Source: an uncultured Nitrososphaerota archaeon (GTDB taxonomy: Archaea > Korarchaeota > Korarchaeia > Korarchaeales > Korarchaeaceae). From it: a stretch of 64,000 nucleotides of DNA. The stretch is taken from positions 1-64,000 of the forward strand of contig CAZUBM010000001.1 in NCBI GenBank assembly GCA_964618805.1. The letters run 5' to 3'. The notes under the pieces are model-generated. The model did not search any database. It had not been told where the DNA came from and was given only the letters and a program-made list of their open reading frames with translations. How positions within the stretch are numbered: the first letter of the stretch is position 1; each line of letters starts with the position of its first letter. This document shows, piece after piece, positions 9,435-19,394 of the stretch. A program made the position numbers and the translations under genes.

Positions 9435-10622
9435 CTAAGGTGATTCTAGATCTAGAGTTTGCTTTAATTCTCTGGCTTTTTGCCTTTTTCTTGCTACTTC
9501 CTCAGAATGCTGGCTTATTCTCTGCAAGAATTGCTCCAGCTCGTCTTGCCCAATCTCTTCTACAGCGCTGAGCACTTCCTCATGGAGATCATAGTAAACC
9601 TTTGTTATATCTATGAGTTTTGTTATCTTAGGAATCTCAGGCTCAACTAAAATAACTGCAACATCCGATTCTTCAGCGCCTTCCTCAAGTCTTCGTAAAC
9701 CACTAGCTATATCTATTCCACTTATTTTTCTTAAGAAAAATTTCTTAACATCAAGAAATCCCTTTACGCTGAAGTTTTCTTCCGGAATTCTTAGTACAAA
9801 GACGGCCCTAAAAGCCGTTTCCGGATCGCATTGTGCCATCTTACCTTCCTCTAAAGCAAGTTCAGCCAACAAGTCAAGTACATTCCCAACAGTCTCCGAT
9901 CTAACCTTTGCATAACAAGGTACACATAGAGTTGCTTCTTTCATCTTCAAAATGGATTTAAGGCTTTGGGCTGATAATTCTCCTCCTATTCCAGTTCCGA
10001 GAGAGGACATTTCTTCAAGCATCGTCTCTAGGAAGGAAGAAATCTTCCTATTGACCTCAATTAACCCCCCACCAACGCCCTCTTTCTCTGGCGAAGGGAC
10101 GAATAAGTCGTTATCTACTAGTAAAATTGCATCCGTGTAATCCAAAAGATTAGCAATGGAAATTATTGAGTTATAGGAGAACTTTATGGGTTCAATTGGA
10201 TACATGAAAGGAAGTACGCCTAAAACGACGATGGGCGGAACGACGCTCTTATCTGAGAAGTATTCTCTCAGGTATCTGACCAACACGGGGGTAGCTCCTG
10301 CTCCTGTCCCTCCTCCCAAAGCAGCAAAGACTATTATTATGGGGGCTCTCTCGACTTTACTTTCACTAAGATATCTCACTATTTTCTCCTTGCTATCATC
10401 CTCAAGCATTAACTTCATAGCCGACTTCCATTGACCACCGACGCCCTCTCCAGATTCTCCTAATAGAATGAAATTTTCTCCCAGAGATGTTAACTCATCT
10501 GCGGTTCTTGAGGAGGTATCCAGGATCAGCGTGCTAAAAAACCTATCTTGTCCTAGCTTAGAGTAGACTTGATCTAAGATCCTTGCTCCTCCTGAACCTA
10601 TACCAATACCAACTAGTTTCAA
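9435..10622 (-). CDS. Divergent FtsZ/CetZ/tubulin-superfamily protein
   Basis: IGIGSGGARI (T1), GEGVGG (T3), LGGGTGAG signature (T4), VLP, VDND; helical C-terminal extension. Confidence 0.88.
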   Translation of the reverse strand: MKLVGIGIGSGGARILDQVYSKLGQDRFFSTLILDTSSRTADELTSLGENFILLGESGEGVGGQWKSAMKLMLEDDSKEKIVRYLSESKVERAPIIIVFAALGGGTGAGATPVLVRYLREYFSDKSVVPPIVVLGVLPFMYPIEPIKFSYNSIISIANLLDYTDAILLVDNDLFVPSPEKEGVGGGLIEVNRKISSFLETMLEEMSSLGTGIGGELSAQSLKSILKMKEATLCVPCYAKVRSETVGNVLDLLAELALEEGKMAQCDPETAFRAVFVLRIPEENFSVKGFLDVKKFFLRKISGIDIASGLRRLEEGAEESDVAVILVEPEIPKITKLIDITKVYYDLHEEVLSAVEEIGQDELEQFLQRISQHSEEVARKRQKARELKQTLDLESP

Positions 10623-12397
10623 TCAGGAACCCCTCCTTTTACGTGGACAAGAAAAGTCTCCAATAGACCCTCCAGATTGTCGATTTCTTTCCTTATCTTT
10701 ACAAGGTCAGTTTCACCTTGCATCAAATCTATCCTGTCTTCTATGTCCTCCAGCTTCATAATAATTCCCTTTAATATCACTTTCTCCCTTGCTTCTAACG
10801 AAGGAAGTTGATAGATGGCGTCTATCTTCTTCTTCATCCTTAGCACTCTATCTCTTAACTCTTCTTTTATTGTTTTTTGATTTTCTGGTGGTTTTTCCCT
10901 TAAAAAGAGAAGGCCAGCCCTTTCTATAAGCATACCATCTTTTATCATCTTACTGATTACCCATTCCCTCCATTCTCTTGGAATAGAAGTTATTTGTTTT
11001 ACATCGGCCTCTTTTTTCGTAGATATTTCTCTAATCACCCTCTTTTTCCAGATTGGATACATTTTCTCAGCATCCCTAAATTTCTGCCTCCAAATTTCTA
11101 ATTTGTCTGAAATATCTTTAAGATATGAAAGAACAATCTCTACAGCGTTAATTGAAGTCTCAGATGATATAATACATTCTATTTCCTCCTTCCAGTCATC
11201 TACCTTTGCTAAAGACTTCAACTTATCGTTAGTTCTCGAAATATCTCTGACTAGCGTTCCAATGGTTAAGATTTTGGCAATAAGATCCTCAATAGCTTTC
11301 AGTTCATCGTTATTCTTCATAAACTGATCCTCTGAGTCTACAGTATGCTGTTGTCTAATCGAATATAGTCTTTTAGCAATATCATAATAGATGGTCTCGA
11401 ATGTTCTCTTCTTTGTCATGGAGTCCACTATTAAACAAGTCCTAAGCACCTTTGGTAGCTCCTTTTCAGCCTTTTTTAGGCGATTAGCAAACGCATTAAT
11501 TTGACTTGCAATCTCTAGATGCTCCAAGAGTTCCTTTTTTATGACCTCCAGGGCAGCTATTTTCTCCTTAATCCCATTAATGTGGATTTTTTCTTCCTTT
11601 TTTTCTATAGATTGAAGTGGGAATATGTTTCTATCGATTAATTTTTTAATGAAGGGGGTCTCGATCCCCATTTGGCTTATAGAGGCGTATATCTCTTCTA
11701 TTCTCTTCAATAAAGATTTATCTTCGCTTAATAACTCTTCCATCCTTCTAAGGAGATCTAAACTAGATTGTAACTGCATCTTTATTTCCAAAAGCTCCGA
11801 ATCTACCCTTTTAAGTTCTTCCAAGTTATCTATGAGTTCGACAGCGTTTAAATGAAGAGAACTTTCTATGCGATTTATGATATGAGTTCCTTTTTCTATA
11901 GATGCCAAATAATCCTCTTCGACGCTTAACTCGGAAATAAGTCTCATAACTTCTTCCAGTTTAGGATGAACCTTTTTTGCTCTAGATTTTAATACTATTA
12001 GGAGATCCTTCTTAATATCAATCAAAACATTCTCTAATAACTCAATAATTGCCAGAATTTTTTCCCTGTACCTCCTGATGCTACCACTTAGAAGGACTGC
12101 TCTGTTACCCAATATCTTCCTATTGTAAAAAGGATCCTTAATCATGTAGTCTAACAATTGAAGCAATCTTTGATGAATTGCATCTCTCGAAGCTTTGTAC
12201 TTTGTTATAATTTCTGGGGCTAACTCTGAATATCGCTCGAAGAGCTGTTCAATGAGGCCTATTTTTTCTAATATTGCTAGAATATCTTCAAGCAAACCAT
12301 CCTGCGAAAGGTTCTCAATTAAGAGCACAGCTTTTTTTCTTCCATGGCGTTTTACTAAGGTCTGTTCTAATAGCTCTCGCCCCTTTAAGGACTCCAT
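10619..12397 (-). CDS. Large coiled-coil protein, hypothetical, with possible winged-helix segment near C-terminus
   Basis: 592 aa, heptad-rich in L/I/E/K; stop codon overlaps start of the FtsZ-like gene. Confidence 0.75.
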   Translation of the reverse strand: MESLKGRELLEQTLVKRHGRKKAVLLIENLSQDGLLEDILAILEKIGLIEQLFERYSELAPEIITKYKASRDAIHQRLLQLLDYMIKDPFYNRKILGNRAVLLSGSIRRYREKILAIIELLENVLIDIKKDLLIVLKSRAKKVHPKLEEVMRLISELSVEEDYLASIEKGTHIINRIESSLHLNAVELIDNLEELKRVDSELLEIKMQLQSSLDLLRRMEELLSEDKSLLKRIEEIYASISQMGIETPFIKKLIDRNIFPLQSIEKKEEKIHINGIKEKIAALEVIKKELLEHLEIASQINAFANRLKKAEKELPKVLRTCLIVDSMTKKRTFETIYYDIAKRLYSIRQQHTVDSEDQFMKNNDELKAIEDLIAKILTIGTLVRDISRTNDKLKSLAKVDDWKEEIECIISSETSINAVEIVLSYLKDISDKLEIWRQKFRDAEKMYPIWKKRVIREISTKKEADVKQITSIPREWREWVISKMIKDGMLIERAGLLFLREKPPENQKTIKEELRDRVLRMKKKIDAIYQLPSLEAREKVILKGIIMKLEDIEDRIDLMQGETDLVKIRKEIDNLEGLLETFLVHVKGGVPD

Positions 12398-12548
12398 AGA
12401 TGATATCTAGTTAAAATGTCTCATCAACAATATAAAATGGTGAAGTCTCGATTAAGGGAGGAAGAGAGAAAAATTCTTCTTTTACTAAAATCATTGAATT
12501 TACATGAAAACTGCCCAGGCAGCCTTATTAGTTTCCCATAAGTCCTTT

Positions 12549-13829
12549 TTATAAGGCTTCTGAGAGCAAAAATCCAAGCTTCTTTATTCCATCTGAGATG
12601 TCTTCTGGACAAAGGTATGAATAACCAAGCCTCATGCCATGTGTTTCTGGCTTCATCTTTTCTATAGAATTCTTCTCGGGGTGATAGGCATATCCAAATC
12701 TTGGGAAAAAGGCTACTCCGGGGACATAAATTACATCGTTCTTTAATGCAACCTCCTCAAGGAACTTCTTCGAATCAAAGCTAGCATCGGCAGCATTCCA
12801 CCAAATAAAGAAACCACCTTTTGGATCTGTTCGACTTCCATCTGGAAAATATTCATCAATTGACTTCTTCATCACATCACATCTCTTCTTATAACCTTCT
12901 CTAACTTCTTCTATGTGCTTTGAGAAATATTTCTGGTAATAGATCTTTGCAAGCATCTGTGTTACTGCCGGAGTGTTAAGATCGATGTAACCCTTGGACT
13001 TCACGACCTCCTTCCTCAATTCTGCTGGAAGGATGGAATACCCTATTCTAAAAACCGCTGCTTCTTTGCTTGAAGATCTTAAGTATGCGACAACTGAGTT
13101 ATCATCATCAAAGGATTTTATGGGAGGAAGCCTCTCATTACCAAATTGAATTTCGCGATATGCTGAGTCCTCTAGTATCAGTATGCCCTCATCGTTAGCT
13201 ACCTCAAATAACTCCTCTCTCCTTTTTAGCGGCATAGTTGTTCCTGAGGGGTTATCAGAGTCCGGTATAACGTAAACTAGATCAGGCTTCTTCCCAAATT
13301 TCTCATAACTTAGTTTTATAGCTTTTCTAACGTGCTCAGGATCGATACCTAGTTCGGTCATTGGAACCGTAACTAACTTAGCCCTAAACTTTATTGCGGC
13401 ATTTACAAAACCGAGATAGGCAGGTCTTGGAACTACGACTATATCCCCTGGATTTAACAGAACATCTAAAACCGCATATATGGCTTGCTGTGAGCCCGTT
13501 GTTATTACAATTTCCTCCCAATCAACATCTAAACCATCGGTTTTTCTAAGATGATAAGCAAGAGTTTCCCTAAGCTCTTTAAGTCCTTCAGTGGGGCAGT
13601 AATTAAACAAATCGATAACTCTGTGATTTTCACCTTTTTCAATGAGTTGTAAACAATATTCACCAATTTCAATAAGCGTTTTAGAGAGGGCCTTTGTTGG
13701 AAGAACTCCAGGCTTTCCTCCGGCAAAATAGTACTTTACTTTGAACCTTAAGAGCCTTCTGATCTCAGATTCTGGGACCAGTTGTGTCCATGTAGCGAAA
13801 TCAAAGGCTCTAGGTAGAGGCTTTACCAA
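12549..13829 (-). CDS. PLP-dependent aminotransferase class I (ARO8/LysN-like)
   Basis: FAGGKP, ITTGSQQA, NPSG, EDSAY, SSSK...RIGY. Confidence 0.9.
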   Translation of the reverse strand: MVKPLPRAFDFATWTQLVPESEIRRLLRFKVKYYFAGGKPGVLPTKALSKTLIEIGEYCLQLIEKGENHRVIDLFNYCPTEGLKELRETLAYHLRKTDGLDVDWEEIVITTGSQQAIYAVLDVLLNPGDIVVVPRPAYLGFVNAAIKFRAKLVTVPMTELGIDPEHVRKAIKLSYEKFGKKPDLVYVIPDSDNPSGTTMPLKRREELFEVANDEGILILEDSAYREIQFGNERLPPIKSFDDDNSVVAYLRSSSKEAAVFRIGYSILPAELRKEVVKSKGYIDLNTPAVTQMLAKIYYQKYFSKHIEEVREGYKKRCDVMKKSIDEYFPDGSRTDPKGGFFIWWNAADASFDSKKFLEEVALKNDVIYVPGVAFFPRFGYAYHPEKNSIEKMKPETHGMRLGYSYLCPEDISDGIKKLGFLLSEAL

Positions 13830-13990
13830 GACCCTACACCAACTTTATGTTTTCTAGTTAAAAATATAAACTATTTCAACTGAAGCTAATGACTAGCGAT
13901 GATTCTATCTTTAACAGTTCCTCATTTCTACCGTTGAAGTTTCTCTTTTCTAAGATCTAACTCCTCTACGCAGTTTTCCTTCAAAAAGAT

Positions 13991-14419
13991 TCAATATCTT
14001 CTTCTAGTGTATGATTTCCCTCCTCTACGGAAATCCCTTCCACCCCTTCTTCTCATCGGGGGTTCATACCCCTCAGGTACCTGAGGCGTTTCCTCAGGTA
14101 TTTCATCGATGCTCGGGACTTCCGAATCATCTATCTTCTCTATAGTTCCTCTGCTGCCTAAGTTGAGGCGGATCTCTCCTCGAAACACTCTAGTATACCC
14201 ATTCTTGATCTCCACAGCATCTCCTGTGGAAATCTTACCTGCATGCTCACCCCATAGGGTGAGAGTTATCCTTCCTGTTTCATCTCCTACGACAGCCTCT
14301 GATAGAGTTCTAGGCCCTCTGAAGGTTTGAATCTCCTTTAGTTCTCCTGCTTCGAGAACCCGGACCTTTATATTTACCTCATTCATATCCGGAACTAATT
14401 CACTTACTTTCACGGACAT
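13991..14419 (-). CDS. ssb: Single-stranded DNA-binding protein, single OB-fold crenarchaeal type with Arg/Gly-rich tail
   Basis: VGDETGRITLTLWG OB motif; RRRGGRDFRRGG tail; ATG at 14419 chosen over upstream GTG. Confidence 0.88.
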   Translation of the reverse strand: MSVKVSELVPDMNEVNIKVRVLEAGELKEIQTFRGPRTLSEAVVGDETGRITLTLWGEHAGKISTGDAVEIKNGYTRVFRGEIRLNLGSRGTIEKIDDSEVPSIDEIPEETPQVPEGYEPPMRRRGGRDFRRGGKSYTRRRY

Positions 14420-14547
14420 ACTTCTCAGATCTCCACACACGTTATGTGTAAGATCGTCTTACAGTTGGAGCTATAAAAAAGTATGTTTTTTTGAAAAACA
14501 ACAGAGGCATTATATGTCATAAAATCATAAGTTGAACGTGATAGCCC

Positions 14548-16032
14548 ATGAGGATATCTTTTCTAGGGGGAATATCGGAAATAGGAGGCAACAAAATACT
14601 GTTAGAACATGATGGATTCCGCCTTTTACTCGATTTCGGAAAGAGTTTCAAGAGTGAATCAAAGTTTTTTGTTAGGCCATATCTTGCCCCTTTTTCCATA
14701 TCAGACCTGATAAAACTCAATCTAATTCCTAACTTCGCTGGAACATATAAATGGCAGCCCGGAGAGCCAAAGATCCATGGAGTCCTAATTAGCCATGCTC
14801 ATCTTGATCATTATGGATACCTTCCCCTGCTAAAGCCTGAAATACCGATTTACATGGGAGAAACAAGCAAGATAATAATACGAGCTAGACAGGATGCTCA
14901 AACCTCTTCATGGGAAAGAAAGATAGAAGAAAATTCGATCAAAACCTTTAGAACAGGTTCTCAACTCGAAATAGGTCCATTTCAAGTATGGCCCGTTCAT
15001 GTGGATCATTCAATCCCTGGTGCATATGCCTTCCTGATAGAGGCAGGAAAGAAAAAAGTGGTTTACACCGGAGATTTCAGATTCCACGGCCAAGTATCCC
15101 AACTATCAAGGGATTTTGTGAAATTGGCTGGAGAATTCGAGCCTGATCTATTGATAATCGAAGGAACAAGGGTAGCGCCTGAATCTGACCCAGAAGAAGC
15201 CATGATAAGGCTGCTAGAGCAGCATAACATCTATCAATCGTTGAAACTTCCACCTCTCAGGGTTAAAAGAGAGGCTGAAAGCGAGGTAAAAGTACTGGAA
15301 GAGATGAAAACTGTGACTGAGACCGCTGAAAACTCCTTGATCTTAGTTGAAGCCAACACAACAGACATTGACAGACTTAGAACTGTATGGCTTCTCTCAA
15401 AGCACTTAGGAAGGAAGCTTATAATAGGAGAGACGCAAGCTCTGATCCTTAACAGGCTTCTGGAGAGAGATCCGAAAATAGAGAATCTTCCAAGAATAGG
15501 AGATTTTCTCCTTTATCTTAGCAGAAGGAGAAAAAAGGAAAGTTGGGAGGAGGTTAAGGAGGAGAGAAGGCGACCAGCAATAAAGGAACTTATCTCCTTG
15601 ATAGAAGATAGTTGCGGCCCTGAAGGAATAATATGGGGCGAAAATAGGAGGAAATTAGCGAGAGAGCCAAATTCATTTGTAATTCTTGCTCCAAACAGCC
15701 CTAGGATTTTGATGGGCATATTACCTGAGGATGGAATGAAGTTTCCTCTAACATTCATATTAAGCAGGTCTGAGCCCTTCAATGAAGAACTAGCTATGAG
15801 CTTTGATAGATTGCTCAACTGGCTGGCATATTTTGGCATAAAGAAGTACTATAGGATCCATGTATCAGGTCACGCTAAGCCTGAGGAACTTAGGAAGGTG
15901 ATAGATGAGATAAATCCAAAAGAGATAATACCCGTCCACACGTCATATCCAGAATTATTCGACGAGTACGTTCCACCTTCTTTTAGAAAGAGTCTTAAAC
16001 TGGTTTCCCTCAAAGAGACGGTTGAACTATGA
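14548..16032 (+). CDS. MBL-fold/beta-CASP ribonuclease (RNase J-like)
   Basis: EIGGN, SHAHLDH, VDHSIPG, YTGDFR, IEGT, HVSGH, PVHT. Confidence 0.85.
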   Translation: MRISFLGGISEIGGNKILLEHDGFRLLLDFGKSFKSESKFFVRPYLAPFSISDLIKLNLIPNFAGTYKWQPGEPKIHGVLISHAHLDHYGYLPLLKPEIPIYMGETSKIIIRARQDAQTSSWERKIEENSIKTFRTGSQLEIGPFQVWPVHVDHSIPGAYAFLIEAGKKKVVYTGDFRFHGQVSQLSRDFVKLAGEFEPDLLIIEGTRVAPESDPEEAMIRLLEQHNIYQSLKLPPLRVKREAESEVKVLEEMKTVTETAENSLILVEANTTDIDRLRTVWLLSKHLGRKLIIGETQALILNRLLERDPKIENLPRIGDFLLYLSRRRKKESWEEVKEERRRPAIKELISLIEDSCGPEGIIWGENRRKLAREPNSFVILAPNSPRILMGILPEDGMKFPLTFILSRSEPFNEELAMSFDRLLNWLAYFGIKKYYRIHVSGHAKPEELRKVIDEINPKEIIPVHTSYPELFDEYVPPSFRKSLKLVSLKETVEL

Positions 16033-17139
16033 GAGTAAATGCACGTTACCGATGCGTACATACTTAAGACCTGCATCTTTTGCTGCTTTCAAACAGTTTA
16101 ACGCCTGTTTTCGGCTAGTTGTAGGAAGATCTGTCAGCTCAAAACAAGGGTAAAATGCTAACAAAGAGTAAGGAATTTCTGGGTTTATTTCTGCAATGAA
16201 TTCAGCTATTTTACTTACTTCTTCCTCGTCTACATATCCTGGAATGAGGAGAGTACTTGCAGTCAAGACAGGTACCTCAGGTCTCTCTTCAAAGTACTTT
16301 TCGCCCAAACGCTTGAAGTTTTCTAGTGGTGTTTTATTTGAAGCCCCACAAAGTGCAATGTTTAGCGTTTCGTCCCAGAATTTCAGGTCGAACTTCATTA
16401 CTCCACCGCTTTCAAAGACGAGTTGCATTGCAACCTCTGCAAATCCTGGAGACATGTTTCCATTTGTCTCAAAACATATTCTAAGTATTCGGTTCTCTTC
16501 TCTTGCTTTTTCTAGAGCTAGTTTGCTTGTAACAATTGCATGTTCCATTTGCGATGAAGGATCTCCTCCAAAATAGCAGATGCAACTGACTTTGTCATTT
16601 ACTTTTGAAGCTAGCTCTTCAGCACTCATTACGGGCCCTAATCTTTGAGTTAACCTCTTAAACTGGTAATTTTGACAAAAGACGCAAGAAAAAGTGCATG
16701 ACCCATAGAAGACAGCAAGATTATAGTATCCATATTCAGGACCGTCTCTATAGGCATATTTCGGGTATCCCGTTCCAATTGCGGGACAAAACCAAGAGGC
16801 AACACAGTTTGTGATATGTGGGTCGTAATACCACTCTAATATGCCCTTATCCCTGGTTCCACCCAATCTAACTAGCCTCCCATCAATATTAGTCACTAAG
16901 CCGCAGTAACCCTTCTTTCCTTCACCTATCCTACAATTATTCCCGCACAGTCCACAGAGTATCCCGTTTGGATCTCTTGGCGGTCGGATTGGTAAACCAT
17001 ATTTAATTCTTGACGCCTCTTGGAGATGTTGGGCTAATTGTAAGGCCTCTTCTGGGTTTTTTCTAAAGCAACTTAGACAAACACCGATCTTATCAGAGAT
17101 TAGAGCACTTTTCTTGCCGCATATTTTGCATGTTCCCAT
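16027..17139 (-). CDS. Radical SAM protein (PflX/AmmeMemoRadiSam-related) with N-terminal Cys-rich domains
   Basis: CTFSCVFCQN; N-terminal CKIC/CLSC and CGLCGNNC; C-terminal IGNVHLL. Confidence 0.85.
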   Translation of the reverse strand: MGTCKICGKKSALISDKIGVCLSCFRKNPEEALQLAQHLQEASRIKYGLPIRPPRDPNGILCGLCGNNCRIGEGKKGYCGLVTNIDGRLVRLGGTRDKGILEWYYDPHITNCVASWFCPAIGTGYPKYAYRDGPEYGYYNLAVFYGSCTFSCVFCQNYQFKRLTQRLGPVMSAEELASKVNDKVSCICYFGGDPSSQMEHAIVTSKLALEKAREENRILRICFETNGNMSPGFAEVAMQLVFESGGVMKFDLKFWDETLNIALCGASNKTPLENFKRLGEKYFEERPEVPVLTASTLLIPGYVDEEEVSKIAEFIAEINPEIPYSLLAFYPCFELTDLPTTSRKQALNCLKAAKDAGLKYVRIGNVHLLS

Positions 17140-17212
17140 TTCTCTATATTGTACCTTGTCCAGCTACTTATGAACTTCGTTGTATGAACAATTATTTAAT
17201 TAGATGAAAAAG

Positions 17213-18355
17213 CTAAAAATACGAAAAATAATTCAATATTAGAGCAGATAAAAGCTTTAAAAGGAGTTTTGGCTTAGATAGAGCTGCTCTTAAGAAATCA
17301 GAGGCATTTATGCTTGTGATGACGCTGGTGAGTTGATGGTCTATGTCGAACGAGGAAACCCTCTTTTCATAGCCTTTAAGTAAAAAGAACAAGGAATCCA
17401 GTTCCCTAGGGTTCATACGATCTAAAACATTTCTAAAAGCAAGACCTGCTTTTATTTCAAAACCAAATAATTTCCACCATTCCTTCTGATATGAACCCTC
17501 TATGAGCGGGAGATCCCTCTCATAGGATTCCAATATAGAGCTTGCAAGAAGCCTCGCTCCCTTAACTCCCAAGTAAATGCCTCCTCTGCTAAGAGGTTTT
17601 ACCTGCCCAGCAGCATCACCCACTAGAGCTACATTCCCCTTTTGAAAATGCTTCAGCGGGGTTGAAGGGATAGCAGCGACTTCTTTTTCCAAGAAGTTGG
17701 GAACTTCTCCTCTAACCCATTTCATGATCGGATCGGTGCTCTTACCCAGCGCTCCTACTCTACTCCTATCTCTCCAAGGATATATCCAAAGAAACCTGCT
17801 ACCTCTCTTTATTCTAACTTTAAATCTATCATCTGGGATCATTTTTTCCTCAGAAAAGACCTGAATTCCAATGTAAGGCTCTTTTGCTTGCAAACCCAAT
17901 ACATCCCTGACCTTTGAGTGGACTCCGTCTGCGCCAACAAGATACCTATAAGATATCCTCTCAGACCCATTTTCATTCCATATAATTGCTTTTTTGTCTT
18001 CGATTCCTATAAATCTGCTTCCTAGGCGTATTCTAGCTCCATGTGAGAGAGCTGCTTCAACTATTTCTCTATCTAAGGATACTCTATCAACGACTTTAGC
18101 GATATTCCCTTCAAATTCTATTTCTACTCCTCCTGGAGATTCAAAGACGCCCATTTTAATTTCCGAAATTACAAAGGGATCAGTACGCACAGGAAGTTCT
18201 TTTAAACATTCGTATCCTAAGATGCCGGAACAGCTTTTTTTCCCAACAGACTTCTTAGAGTCAACCATCAACACATTCAAACCAGATTTAGCTAGCAGAA
18301 GGGAGAGAGTTCCTCCAGCAGGACCAGCTCCTATGACGAGAACATCTACATTCAA
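17213..18355 (-). CDS. Geranylgeranyl reductase family FAD oxidoreductase
   Basis: IGAGPAG, CSG, VGADG, WIYP, VGDAAGQVKPLSRGGI. Confidence 0.85.
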   Translation of the reverse strand: MNVDVLVIGAGPAGGTLSLLLAKSGLNVLMVDSKKSVGKKSCSGILGYECLKELPVRTDPFVISEIKMGVFESPGGVEIEFEGNIAKVVDRVSLDREIVEAALSHGARIRLGSRFIGIEDKKAIIWNENGSERISYRYLVGADGVHSKVRDVLGLQAKEPYIGIQVFSEEKMIPDDRFKVRIKRGSRFLWIYPWRDRSRVGALGKSTDPIMKWVRGEVPNFLEKEVAAIPSTPLKHFQKGNVALVGDAAGQVKPLSRGGIYLGVKGARLLASSILESYERDLPLIEGSYQKEWWKLFGFEIKAGLAFRNVLDRMNPRELDSLFFLLKGYEKRVSSFDIDHQLTSVITSINASDFLRAALSKPKLLLKLLSALILNYFSYF

Positions 18356-18609
18356 AGCTTCTCTCCTTGGTTTGTCAGCATCTCCCTTAAGCGCTCCTCT
18401 TCAAGAACTCCTTGATGAACCAACTTTCCGTTTATTATGTATGAGGGAAGCAGAGTAACTCGAAAACGAAGGGCTAGCTTCTCTCCTCTTTCTTCTGTTA
18501 CGGAAATCTCCTCAAATTCGATGCCAAGATCTTTAGCAACTTTTCTTGCGATAGAAGCAGCCCTCAAAGCAGACTCACATAAAGGAGAGACTAGAAGGAC
18601 TAGCTTCAT
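18352..18609 (-). CDS. Small thioredoxin/glutaredoxin-fold protein (single Cys)
   Basis: VSPLC in place of CxxC; LPSYIINGK cis-Pro motif. Confidence 0.7.
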   Translation of the reverse strand: MKLVLLVSPLCESALRAASIARKVAKDLGIEFEEISVTEERGEKLALRFRVTLLPSYIINGKLVHQGVLEEERLREMLTNQGEKL

Positions 18610-19334
18610 TCCTCCTCATCCACTACCCGCACACTCCAGGGGGCTGATATAAACCTGTAAACATAAGGCCTTGTTCTGAAATCCTTTTCTACGAATCCTT
18701 CTCCTAACAGAAAATCTAAGTATTTCCTAGCAGTTCCTTCAACAACTCCAAGCTTAGTTGCTAACTCTGTAGCACTAAGCTCTCCCTCCTGCTCGAGAAT
18801 TGCAAGGGCTTTATATCTTCTATCAGCCTGAATAATGGCGTTCTTAAATCTCTCACTCATTCTCTTCCTAATCTCATGTTCTAAAATATCTAATCTCGCC
18901 ATTGCTTCTGATGCTTCCTGAATGAGACCGAAAATTCTTTCAGAAACCAAGTTTGTATCGCCGCTCTTGCTCCATCTAAAGTAATCTTCTATGACATCAG
19001 CCATAACTTGGATGGAGCTCGACATGATGTCATTTAGAGCCTTCTCATAAATTGCAACAATTCTAGAAGTTAACTCATCCCCGAGTTCAAGGTCTAAAGA
19101 AAGACCTACGAGCTTCAAATCTGAGATAAAATCGTTTATAAGCTCATCCTTTTTACCACTCATTATCTCGATGAATCTTCTAGACATCATCTGGGTCATT
19201 TCTCCTGCACTTGTCTCCCTTAGCCCCTCCATGCCTGAGAGATACTTCCTTACAAGCTCTTCTGAATAATGTTTCTTCAAAATATCTAATTTTTGGCCCA
19301 GATCCTCAACCTCCATGTCCTGTGATCCTTCCAT
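18606..19334 (-). CDS. Putative transcription regulator, helical N-terminus plus C-terminal winged HTH
   Basis: LSATELATKLGVVEGTARKYLDFLLGEGFVEK...RPYVYR. Confidence 0.75.
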   Translation of the reverse strand: MEGSQDMEVEDLGQKLDILKKHYSEELVRKYLSGMEGLRETSAGEMTQMMSRRFIEIMSGKKDELINDFISDLKLVGLSLDLELGDELTSRIVAIYEKALNDIMSSSIQVMADVIEDYFRWSKSGDTNLVSERIFGLIQEASEAMARLDILEHEIRKRMSERFKNAIIQADRRYKALAILEQEGELSATELATKLGVVEGTARKYLDFLLGEGFVEKDFRTRPYVYRFISAPWSVRVVDEEE

Positions 19335-19394
19335 TTATCATCGCCCGGAAATAAGTTCGATCTAAAATGTCAGTGTCAATCTATAAAGCTTCTC

